Assembly (NCBI GenBank): GCA_040402735.1
Contig: JBBALZ010000004.1
Coordinates: 1 to 41,972 of the forward strand
Length of the DNA stretch: 41,972 nucleotides
Source: Bdellovibrionota bacterium
GTDB lineage: Bacteria > Bdellovibrionota_C > UBA2361 > OMII01
Direction: 5' to 3'
The notes below the pieces were generated by a model. That model made no database searches, was not told where the DNA came from, and saw only the letters and a list, made by a program, of their open reading frames with translations. The translations under genes and the position numbers were made by a program. Below are positions 18,383-26,607 of the stretch, in pieces; the stretch's first letter is position 1, and every line of letters starts with the position of its first letter.

Positions 18383-20421
18383 GTGATCACTACCCCCGTA
18401 GGCGGACTCTGGCGAGTACGAATTGTCTTCTTACCATTAGTGGCGGTTACTCTGTAGCGAACCGTATACTTTCCTGGCTCTAATTTACGAACAGTTACCA
18501 CATTTCTCGAACTAACACGGGTAATCCGCTGCTTTGAACCAGCTTTGCGTATCTCGACTTCGTACCGCACTCGAATACCTTTAGAAGCGAGAGCTGCCAG
18601 ATCTTTTTTCTTCAATTTCTCAAACAGTCGCGGATCAACTCGCACGTCAGGTAGGGTGATTATAATAGTAGCGCCCTTTTGTCCCTCATTACGAATAACC
18701 TCTACTGACGGAGGCACCTCGATCCTGGCACCATCCTTTAGATCGATCTCCGGCAGCTCTCCCGGCTCCTCGTCTTGATTGTCATCCTCGCCTCCGCCTG
18801 TAGAGTCCGGCGGTGTGGCGGTTGGTGTGGGTGTGGGTGTGGGTGTGGGTGTGGGTGTCGCGGGCGGGCTATCACCCTTTGATACGAATAGGTAAGGTGA
18901 TTCAGGTAGCGGAGCCCCAATAACAGTCAGATTTGATGCCCAAGAGGAGAATGCTATATAAATTCCCCCCTCTCGATTTACTCCCAGGGCGACCGGCGGT
19001 CTGGAGAGTAATCCAGACTCTGGACTAACCTCGCCACTCCTTCCATCTCCCGCGACGCCGTTGCGCTTACTTGCTAGATACACAGGCAGATCACTACTGC
19101 CATCCTCTGCTTGAAGCCTCTTAAGATATACCTGCGGTACGATCTCTCCGCTTGCTCCATACTGGTAGATATTTTTACCCGTATCTGAGAAGGCCGCATA
19201 CCTACCGGTTGAATCAATCCGACCCGAGCTGACTGAGCCAGTACTAGGAACGCCCTTTGAATCCACGTTCACCTGTTGGCAAATCACCGGATCGCCCACG
19301 TAATCGGGGATACTGCACTTGGCTAATAGCGGTCGCTCGCGATCCGCGCCTACTCCGATCAAATTAGTCGGGCCTGCTTGAGGATAGTGAAGGAATGCTA
19401 TCTCGCGGCCACCAAACGAAATCGAGGGATGCGCGGATCTAGAGTTAGCGGGAATTATCGCCGATTGTGATTCCCTTGAAACGAGACGTGTTTCCTCAGT
19501 CAAAAGATCGCTCGAGTAAATCTGCGCTAATGTTGATACAACACCCGTTAGAACCGTTCCGCTACTTGCAAAAGCTAGCTTATGGCCATCAGGACTGATA
19601 GCCGGTTCACCCATTTCACAATCCGTTGACGCTGTCTGAATTTTTTTAATCTCTTCAATAACTATCGGCCCACTCATCGGCACAGTGATCTCTCTCCAAT
19701 ACACTATGCTGTTATAGCTTGTGGTTTGTTGTATCCCAAGATCGCTGGCTAACGACCTAAAAGCTACGCGGAATACGAGCGCCCCGGCGCTATCCTCACC
19801 AACCAAGGCAACGGTGGGTTGATCACTATGATTGTTCGCGCCCCTTGCCGTCGTATTATCGTATCTACCCGAAACGAGCACCGTTTCATTCCTAGATGGC
19901 AGGTGCAGATAGACCTGCCTTGGATTCGGCTCACTTGTGCTTGGCCTTTGATAATCTACAACCAAATCCTCGGCATCAGAGGTAAAAGCTACCGCGAATT
20001 TACCCTCGATTACCCTACTCACTGAGGGAGTTGTAGCGCCCGTTATCAGATCTATTCCATCACCCAATCTGGTTGGAAATTTGCCATAGATATTTTTACT
20101 TACCAACTCCACAGACTCTCCTTGCCTCATAAAGACATTAGGGGAGCGCGATGAATTCCCTTCAAAATGTAGTCCAGCCACTAAATTGACGGCTCCTGAA
20201 GTAAACACAAGCACTGAGGCGTCAGGCGAAAAGAGCGGTTCTGCGCTACCGGGATGTATACCATCTAGAGCTCGTGGTGCGGCAGGGCGGCCATCTTCGT
20301 TAAATCCTACAGAGATCTGCAGGGCATCGCTCAACTCTAAGTCACCTGCAGAGGAGCTTTGGGGCAGGAAAGCCGCAATTACAACAGCGCAAACCTCGCA
20401 CCAAAAAACGATTCGGCCCAT
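18379..20421 (-). CDS. Secreted TolB/PD40-like beta-propeller protein with PT linker and basic FN3-like C-terminal domain
   Basis: Signal peptide; repeats of P.(V/I)S.DG..(A/V)F.S.A.NL; (PT)n plus acidic linker; K/R-rich C-terminus containing RNVVTVRKLEPGKYTVRYRV. Confidence 0.75.
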   Translation of the reverse strand: MGRIVFWCEVCAVVIAAFLPQSSSAGDLELSDALQISVGFNEDGRPAAPRALDGIHPGSAEPLFSPDASVLVFTSGAVNLVAGLHFEGNSSRSPNVFMRQGESVELVSKNIYGKFPTRLGDGIDLITGATTPSVSRVIEGKFAVAFTSDAEDLVVDYQRPSTSEPNPRQVYLHLPSRNETVLVSGRYDNTTARGANNHSDQPTVALVGEDSAGALVFRVAFRSLASDLGIQQTTSYNSIVYWREITVPMSGPIVIEEIKKIQTASTDCEMGEPAISPDGHKLAFASSGTVLTGVVSTLAQIYSSDLLTEETRLVSRESQSAIIPANSRSAHPSISFGGREIAFLHYPQAGPTNLIGVGADRERPLLAKCSIPDYVGDPVICQQVNVDSKGVPSTGSVSSGRIDSTGRYAAFSDTGKNIYQYGASGEIVPQVYLKRLQAEDGSSDLPVYLASKRNGVAGDGRSGEVSPESGLLSRPPVALGVNREGGIYIAFSSWASNLTVIGAPLPESPYLFVSKGDSPPATPTPTPTPTPTPTATPPDSTGGGEDDNQDEEPGELPEIDLKDGARIEVPPSVEVIRNEGQKGATIIITLPDVRVDPRLFEKLKKKDLAALASKGIRVRYEVEIRKAGSKQRITRVSSRNVVTVRKLEPGKYTVRYRVTATNGKKTIRTRQSPPTGVVIT
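18824..18858. repeat. (GGTGTG)n hexamer tract encoding the Pro-Thr linker
   Basis: Five perfect units plus a partial unit. Confidence 0.9.
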
Positions 20422-20428
20422 GACGAAG

Positions 20429-20455
20429 TAATCGGCAGATATCGTATAAGCGTTA
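20429..20455 (-). promoter_or_regulatory. sigma28 (FliA)-like promoter, leaderless arrangement
   Basis: TAAC-N15-GCCGATTA versus consensus TAAA-N15-GCCGATAA. It ends 7 nt before the ATG at 20421; no Shine-Dalgarno. Confidence 0.6.
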
Positions 20456-20486
20456 GCTCGCAGTAGTAAATTGAGGCTCTATTTAC

Positions 20487-20503
20487 TTGGCACGCTTTCT
20501 GCT
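20487..20503 (+). promoter_or_regulatory. sigma54 (-24/-12) promoter
   Basis: TTGGCACGCTTTCTGCT has correct GG-N10-GC spacing and lies about 100 bp upstream of ORF 20601. Confidence 0.7.
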
Positions 20504-20600
20504 CACCAAATCACCAGGAAGACGCATTAGATGTACTGTCGTACTAGTTAAAGATAACGATTCCAACTGGATGGAATCATAAAACTGAAGCGGAGGCGCA

Positions 20601-21512
20601 ATGGAAGCGGTCCAAGGCATCAATAAGATACTATCTAACATACCGACCACTGGTTTAGTCAAGGCTATGGCCGATACCGGTAAGCCTGAGGGTGATTTTA
20701 ACTCTACCCTCAAGGCATTACTTTCCCCCAATAAATCAAATAAGGTCAGTGAAGAGGAATTATTTTCCGCTCTGGTTTTAGAGCGGATCAAGAAGACCAA
20801 GGGCGACTCTGCGCTCTCTGAATTCAAAACGATCTTCGAATCAACTAAGAAGCAACTGCAGAAGCCTGATGGATTTGTACCGTTGGAAGACGCAACGAAG
20901 CAGGCCCTCAAGGAGTTTAGAAACGCACAGAAGATCTCGAAAGAAGAGGCCGATTCGATCTACTCTCAAGCCTTTGCTGGAGCGCAGCTCGATCAGAATA
21001 AGGATGCCCTGTACGACAACCGAGGTGGTCCAAACGATCCGACGATGGCGGTAGCAGAGATGGAGCAGGCGCTACTGCTCAGCGGGGCCCTGATTGGGAA
21101 ATTCGATACTGGTACGGAGACAGCCCAAGCGCGATCTCTCGATGCGCCTAGCAACACAGCAGCTGGTAGCGGTGCTGGCGGAGGAGCAATCGGAACAGGT
21201 TCTGAGGTGAGTGGATCTGGTTTTCTATTTAAGCCGACATCTGAAAGTGATGGCAAGCTTGTGGTACTTCTCCCTCCAAGACTCGCCGGTCTGGTAAAAG
21301 GCTTATCTTTAGTTGGACCAAACGGAGAGGTGATTGAAGCCGGAAGGTTTACCGGAAACGGTAATGGAGGTCGCGACCACTACCGATTCTCACGACCAGG
21401 TGGACAATACGCCGACGGTCTAACAGTTCAAGCGGCACTAACAACAGGAGAGCTTGTTCGCTATACCATCAGGGAGACCTCGCAAAGAACTGAGAATATA
21501 CAACCAGGGTAG
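20601..21512 (+). CDS. Hypothetical protein with a helical N-domain, Gly/Ala/Ser linker and beta-rich C-domain
   Basis: GGAGG RBS, 303 aa, no Sec signal peptide; C-terminal GFLFKPTSESDGKLVVLLP...GNGGRDHYRF. Confidence 0.8.
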   Translation: MEAVQGINKILSNIPTTGLVKAMADTGKPEGDFNSTLKALLSPNKSNKVSEEELFSALVLERIKKTKGDSALSEFKTIFESTKKQLQKPDGFVPLEDATKQALKEFRNAQKISKEEADSIYSQAFAGAQLDQNKDALYDNRGGPNDPTMAVAEMEQALLLSGALIGKFDTGTETAQARSLDAPSNTAAGSGAGGGAIGTGSEVSGSGFLFKPTSESDGKLVVLLPPRLAGLVKGLSLVGPNGEVIEAGRFTGNGNGGRDHYRFSRPGGQYADGLTVQAALTTGELVRYTIRETSQRTENIQPG

Positions 21513-21568
21513 AAGGGTTGCTTTTAGCCTCGCCTCATTAGGGCAAAACCTGGTTTGATATAAATCTA

Positions 21569-21596
21569 TAAAGATGGCTCAGTTATCTCCCGAATA
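21569..21596 (+). promoter_or_regulatory. Possible sigma28-like promoter for motAB
   Basis: TAAA-N16-CCCGAATA, upstream of an AGGAGG RBS. Confidence 0.4.
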
Positions 21597-21627
21597 TCCC
21601 CTATGAGCTAACAGGAGGGCTATTCCC

Positions 21628-22488
21628 ATGGGAGTTATTCTCGGGATCATCGGAGTACTAGGAAGCGTACTAATTGGATTCATCGGACCTGGTGGTCCGG
21701 TTGAGGTTCTGTTTCAACCATACGAGTTCTTGGTTATCGCTGGTGGTATCGGATTTACTATCTTGATTTCCTCGCCCGGCGTAGTGCTCAAGGCGATTGT
21801 GCCAGGTATCATCGGTGCAATCAAAGGTAGCGGGGTTAACAAGGCCCTTTACAAGGATATCTTGGGTTTGATGGCCTGCGTATTTGATACTATGCGCAGA
21901 GAGGGAGTTTTAGGTATCGAAGGTGATATCTCCAATCCTCACCAAAGTGCCCGCTTTAACCGCTATCCACTTGCGGCACACAATCATCATCTTATGGACA
22001 CGTTGTGTGGTGCGTTACGACTATTCGTCGATGGAGTGGTCAATGCCTTTGAGCTTGATCGGTTACTCGACTCGGAGATAGAGACCCACCACGAAGAGGG
22101 ACTTCTTGCGCCCACTGCGGTGAAGACTATGGCCGACTCTTTCCCGGCGATGGGAATCGTGGCTGCGGTTCTAGGAATTATCATCACCATGCAATTTCTC
22201 GATGGTCCACCAACAGAGATCGGTCACCACGTGGCCGCTGCTCTCGTCGGAACAATGTTAGGAATCTTTCTTTCATACGGACTAATCGGTCCTGTTGGAA
22301 CAAAGATGGAACATAATGTAAGAGAGGTAACCGGCATACTGAAATGTGTTAAAGCAGGGCTCGTATCATTTGCTGGCGGGGCCCCTCCCGGTGTCGCACT
22401 TGAATTCGCACGCAAAACTATACCGAGTGCATTTAGGCCAACATCAGAGGAATTAGAGGCGATTCTTAAAGAGGCTAAGAAAAAATAA
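21628..22488 (+). CDS. motA: Flagellar motor stator MotA
   Basis: LFQPYEFLVIAGG, MRREGVLGIE, PAMGIVAAVLG, AALVGTMLGIFLSYG, EFARKTI. Confidence 0.95.
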   Translation: MGVILGIIGVLGSVLIGFIGPGGPVEVLFQPYEFLVIAGGIGFTILISSPGVVLKAIVPGIIGAIKGSGVNKALYKDILGLMACVFDTMRREGVLGIEGDISNPHQSARFNRYPLAAHNHHLMDTLCGALRLFVDGVVNAFELDRLLDSEIETHHEEGLLAPTAVKTMADSFPAMGIVAAVLGIIITMQFLDGPPTEIGHHVAAALVGTMLGIFLSYGLIGPVGTKMEHNVREVTGILKCVKAGLVSFAGGAPPGVALEFARKTIPSAFRPTSEELEAILKEAKKK

Positions 22489-22509
22489 GGTTTATTTCAA
22501 TTTAAATCC

Positions 22510-23784
22510 ATGGCCGATAGTAAGGACGATAACAAACCGACTATTATCGTAAAAAAAGGGGGGCACGGTGGTCACCATGGCGGCGCTTGGAAGATCGCCT
22601 ACGCCGATTTTACAACGGCTATGATGTGCTTTTTTCTCTGTATGTGGCTGATCAACACAGCATCAATTACTACCCGCCAAGCTATCGCTTCGTATTTTCG
22701 CAAACCTTCTATCTTTCAAGAGGGGTCAGGTCAGCCTCTCTTACTAGGTGGCGAAGGTATCCTGAATGATGCGCTTAAACCTCTTAAAGTAAAGGATCCG
22801 CGGCGCATTACCAAGGTTATAGAAGATGAAAAAACCTTCGGTGAAAGGGATAAAAATCTAGATAAACTCTACGAACAGGAAGGGCGAGTTGACCCCGTCA
22901 AAAATAAGGGACCAACAGAGATCTCAGGTTTAAACTCTGACAAGAAGACAGTTGAGGAATCTAGGAAAGAGATTCGCCTTAGAATTATCGCCGAACAGAC
23001 GAAGGGAGACCTTGAGCGCCTACTCAACTCAGTTCCGCCATCAGCACGCTTACCTGGCTCGGTTGAAGCTCGCGTTGACCCTGATGGGTTAAGCATCGAC
23101 ATTATGGATACAGATACATACTCAATGTTTGACAGCGGTAGCGCCAGGCTCCGTCCTGATGCCGAGGTAGCTTTTAAAGCTGTGGCTGATATCATCAAAA
23201 AATATCCTAATTACCTTGAAATTTATGGACACACTGATGCACAACCTTTTCCTACACATACTGGCGGATATACTAACTGGGAGCTGTCAGCAGACCGCGC
23301 CAACACTGCGCGAAGACTCCTTGAAAGCATGGGCTATCCTAGTGAAAGAATAGTTAGTGTGACCGGCAAGGCCGCAAGCGAACTCAGAAAACCAGCAACT
23401 CCGCTTGACCCGACTAATAGAAGGATTACCCTGAAATTACGTTTTCAAACTGCAACTGATTTCCTCAAAAATAAGGAATCAAAAGAGTACAATGACCCTC
23501 TCAAGGACCTGCTAGAAGAGGAGGCCGCTCGAAATGCCGCTAATAACACCCCACAACCGACACCGACTCCTGAGCAGATAGTATCAGGTGGGGTCTATCC
23601 TCCTCCGCCACCTGAGCCAACACCTTCAACACTAAGCACGGCACCAAAGGTGCAGCTTCCGGACGGCCCTCCTAAAACCCAGAACCCTGATTTTATGCCT
23701 AAAGACAAGATCTTTGAGGATAGTCCGGTGCTTGGGACTAGGAACCTAAATCCAGCCTCATTCATTTTTGAAAAAAATGAATGA
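22510..23784 (+). CDS. motB: Flagellar motor stator MotB with a Pro-rich C-terminal extension
   Basis: HGGAWKIAYADFTTAMM TM segment with the conserved Asp; OmpA-like GHTD, NWELSADRA and NRRI. Confidence 0.95.
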   Translation: MADSKDDNKPTIIVKKGGHGGHHGGAWKIAYADFTTAMMCFFLCMWLINTASITTRQAIASYFRKPSIFQEGSGQPLLLGGEGILNDALKPLKVKDPRRITKVIEDEKTFGERDKNLDKLYEQEGRVDPVKNKGPTEISGLNSDKKTVEESRKEIRLRIIAEQTKGDLERLLNSVPPSARLPGSVEARVDPDGLSIDIMDTDTYSMFDSGSARLRPDAEVAFKAVADIIKKYPNYLEIYGHTDAQPFPTHTGGYTNWELSADRANTARRLLESMGYPSERIVSVTGKAASELRKPATPLDPTNRRITLKLRFQTATDFLKNKESKEYNDPLKDLLEEEAARNAANNTPQPTPTPEQIVSGGVYPPPPPEPTPSTLSTAPKVQLPDGPPKTQNPDFMPKDKIFEDSPVLGTRNLNPASFIFEKNE

Positions 23785-23798
23785 GAATAGCTGGGCGA

Positions 23799-23842
23799 GC
23801 GCAATCTTGGCCCCATGATTAGCGCAAGAAGCCAAGTTGCGC
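23799..23842. other. Inverted repeat/hairpin after motB
   Basis: GCGCAATCTTGGC ... GCCAAGTTGCGC, about 12 bp with one bulge. Confidence 0.5.
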
Positions 23843-23874
23843 CGTAGAAGACAACAAACTCCTAAGTGCTCAAC

Positions 23875-24024
23875 AGGGCCTCGCAATTCTCCCGCTATCT
23901 ACTCGAAAGGACTGGCGTTCTTGCTAGGGATAAAAATGCGCGGCTAAATCCCGTTAAACTCATAAAATACAGTAGGTTCCGCGCATTTTTGGCCCTATTT
24001 AAGAGAAGAGAATTGCGAAGCCCT
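23875..24024 (+). mobile_element. MITE-like element, family A, copy 2
   Basis: 150 bp with 17-bp terminal inverted repeats AGGGCCTCGCAATTCTC/GAGAATTGCGAAGCCCT. Confidence 0.88.
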
Positions 24025-24035
24025 ACGCAGGGTTT

Positions 24036-24185
24036 AGGGCCTCGCAATTCTCCCGCTATCTACTGGAAAGGACTGGCGTTCTTGCTAGGGATAAAAATGC
24101 GCGGCTAAATCCCGTTAAACTCATAAAATACAGTAGGTTCCGCGCATTTTTGGCCCTATTTAAGAGAAGAGAATTGCGAAGCCCT
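24036..24185 (+). mobile_element. MITE-like element, family A, copy 3 (tandem)
   Basis: Direct tandem duplicate of copy 2 with a 161-bp period and about 2 substitutions. Confidence 0.88.
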
Positions 24186-24240
24186 ACGCAGGGTTTAGAT
24201 TAGTTGCCCAGCGGCAGGTGCCTAGTATACCCTACGACGG

Positions 24241-24615
24241 ATGCATCTGTTACCCGCTCTTGCAAGTATCTCTCTAGCTATATCTGTAGCCTGCGGAGCG
24301 TTCGGTGCACACGCGCTGCGGGGTATACTCTCACCATCGGATCTAGCCATCTGGGACAAGGCTGTTCTATACCAGATGCTCCATTCATTAGGGGCTCTGG
24401 TTATTACTCTCAACACTAATCTAGTCGCGTTGCAAGTAAGCATGCGTCGAATTGCCTGGCTTCTACTCGCATCAACTGTTGTCTTTTCGGGCAGTCTGTA
24501 CCTTTTGGTACTACTCCAGACGCGCTGGCTCGGCGCAATTACTCCTTTGGGTGGGTTAGGATTTATTGTTTCTTGGCTCCTGCTTGCGCTGCAACTTATT
24601 AAACACAGGCGCTGA
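24241..24615 (+). CDS. DUF423 (YgdD/TMEM256) membrane protein
   Basis: GAFGAHAL, YQMLHSL, FSGSLY, LGAITPLGG. Confidence 0.92.
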   Translation: MHLLPALASISLAISVACGAFGAHALRGILSPSDLAIWDKAVLYQMLHSLGALVITLNTNLVALQVSMRRIAWLLLASTVVFSGSLYLLVLLQTRWLGAITPLGGLGFIVSWLLLALQLIKHRR

Positions 24616-26607
24616 TCAGGGCATCGTGCTAAAGGTCACCACATCACTAGCCTGCGTAACGCCTAGTCTACTCTTCGGTCTCTTCGTCGATATCTCAACT
24701 GAGTACGATAGCCCAAAGACTGCGCCTGGTCGAAGATTCCTAAGCGTAACCGTATTTAACCGCGTTCTTATCTGCTTAACCTTCCTCGCCCTGCCGGAAC
24801 CATCTTCCGCGTGCGCGCTCTGAATAAAAGCAAACCCTCGCGGAGAAGAGACCTCCCAGTACCGTATCACATAGGTAATAACGAGATTGTCTGAATCATC
24901 CATTAACTGCTTAGCCCTATTTTTAGATATGCGCCGATTTTTCTGCAGCTTCTTGATCATAGCTGTCTGTTGCTGCGTCGATAACTGTGGCCGCACCTGT
25001 GGCAGCTCTACTTCAACCTCACCTGGCCTCACTATAACAACAGGCGTCGGCAAGCCTCCTGAGCCCGGAGATACAACGATAGGCTGATGGCCTCCGATAT
25101 CACCCGGATCACTCGTAGCTGAGGCACTTATCGTAGCTGTTGCTGTCGGTTGAAATGTAGTCTCGCCCGTAACTGTAGGGGTGGGCGTTGGGGTCACCGT
25201 GGTAATTCCTGAGATCCTATCAGGAGCACCTGCCTCGCCAACACTGATTGTCGGAGTGGGTGTGAGACCACCGAGGGTCAAACAGCTATGCGTCGTATCA
25301 AGTATCCCATCCTCAAATGCGATATCGACACGGCCTCTCTGTCCAGACCATCCCGGCGATCCTGAAACCAGGAAGCGTTGTAATTTACCGTTGAAAGATG
25401 CTTGGCACTCAGAGCCACCGGCTAAAGCCACCCCCTGCTCCTGTTCTGGGTCGGCTAGACAGTTGTTAGCTGGTATCAAACCAGCACAACCCAGCGCATT
25501 AATACTCACAAATCCGAGAGCGCCTCCGGTTGAGCCCTCAGCACTACGCAGAGCTACAACCTCCGCGGCCGAAGAGAACATCCCAATAAAACTCCCGCCT
25601 AGATGTTTTAAATTTGAGCCAAACTGCGCTGAATAATCCTCTTGCGGATTGTTTAAAACACATTGCGGCTGGGTATTAACTGCATCGAGTCCGTATACCG
25701 CTACGGACCCACGACCTAAATTAGATCGAGGCGATCCGATAACGTACGTAGACGCCCCAACCTGACCAGACACTACTAGCCCAGAATGCTCAGGAAAAGT
25801 ATTTTGAGAGATGACTAGTTCTTGAGGATCTGACTGCAACCCTATTCTTTGATAGATCATTCCCAGCTCTGCTATACCTGGTGCAGCAACGAGGATTCTT
25901 GCAAGAGCTCCAGTTGATCCAGATCCAACCTGAGAAAGTGACGAGCCCCAACCTGATCCAGCGCTCAAGGTCTCTGAAAAATCACTTGTAGGAATGAACT
26001 GACACGAACCATTCGATTGTGCCGAAACGGCAAAACCATCGATCCGCACCAAGCGAGGATTAGCGATTACAACGTTTGCCGCGCTGCTGCCACCAGATGC
26101 TCGTACAGCTTGCAACTCTTGACCAAACCCTTGTGGTCCCTGGGCCATGCCACAGGATGAATAGCGCAGACCTATCTCAGATATTACGCTCGTAAATAGG
26201 TACACTGCTCCCTCGGAATTGGTCAGAGCGCCAGGAGCACCAATAATTAGATCATCAATTAGATCCGCGTTGATGTCGTCTATAAATTGAATAGCAGATC
26301 CGAATCTCGCCGCTGTTTGCTCAGCAGTCGGACTAAGCACCTGCAGGACAGCCGCTGGCTGAACTGGGTCAAATAGATACACACGGCCCTCGCCCGCCGC
26401 CGCTTGCGGCGCTGCAACTGCTACTACTGAGTCGTGATCTGTTACTGTTCCTGGCCTACTACAAGCAACCTCAGCGCCAAATCTACCACCACTCTCAAAA
26501 CCTTGCATTGAAGAGTCAAAACGCAACCTAGTTTCTGGCTCGGCTTGAGCAGGCATACTTGCCAGTAAAGCGGTAACAAGCAGTGCTTTGCTCATAAACT
26601 GCTTCAT
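24616..26607 (-). CDS. Secreted FG-GAP (integrin-alpha-like) propeller protein with PT linker and basic FN3-like C-terminal domain
   Basis: Signal peptide ending AQA; repeats RFG...IGAPG...G.VYLF; Ca-binding-like DDINADLIDD; T/P linker; NTVTLRNLRPG in the C-terminus. Overlaps the kinase stop (ATGA). Confidence 0.78.
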   Translation of the reverse strand: MKQFMSKALLVTALLASMPAQAEPETRLRFDSSMQGFESGGRFGAEVACSRPGTVTDHDSVVAVAAPQAAAGEGRVYLFDPVQPAAVLQVLSPTAEQTAARFGSAIQFIDDINADLIDDLIIGAPGALTNSEGAVYLFTSVISEIGLRYSSCGMAQGPQGFGQELQAVRASGGSSAANVVIANPRLVRIDGFAVSAQSNGSCQFIPTSDFSETLSAGSGWGSSLSQVGSGSTGALARILVAAPGIAELGMIYQRIGLQSDPQELVISQNTFPEHSGLVVSGQVGASTYVIGSPRSNLGRGSVAVYGLDAVNTQPQCVLNNPQEDYSAQFGSNLKHLGGSFIGMFSSAAEVVALRSAEGSTGGALGFVSINALGCAGLIPANNCLADPEQEQGVALAGGSECQASFNGKLQRFLVSGSPGWSGQRGRVDIAFEDGILDTTHSCLTLGGLTPTPTISVGEAGAPDRISGITTVTPTPTPTVTGETTFQPTATATISASATSDPGDIGGHQPIVVSPGSGGLPTPVVIVRPGEVEVELPQVRPQLSTQQQTAMIKKLQKNRRISKNRAKQLMDDSDNLVITYVIRYWEVSSPRGFAFIQSAHAEDGSGRARKVKQIRTRLNTVTLRNLRPGAVFGLSYSVEISTKRPKSRLGVTQASDVVTFSTMP

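Noticed and set aside
21628-23784. Zorya (ZorAB) or other defence motor
   Set aside because: MotA is of normal length with no long tail, MotB has the canonical flagellar WKIAYADF motif, and there is no zorC/D/E.
23875-24198. Possible CRISPR array
   Set aside because: The units are 150 bp with identical spacers, and there are no cas genes.
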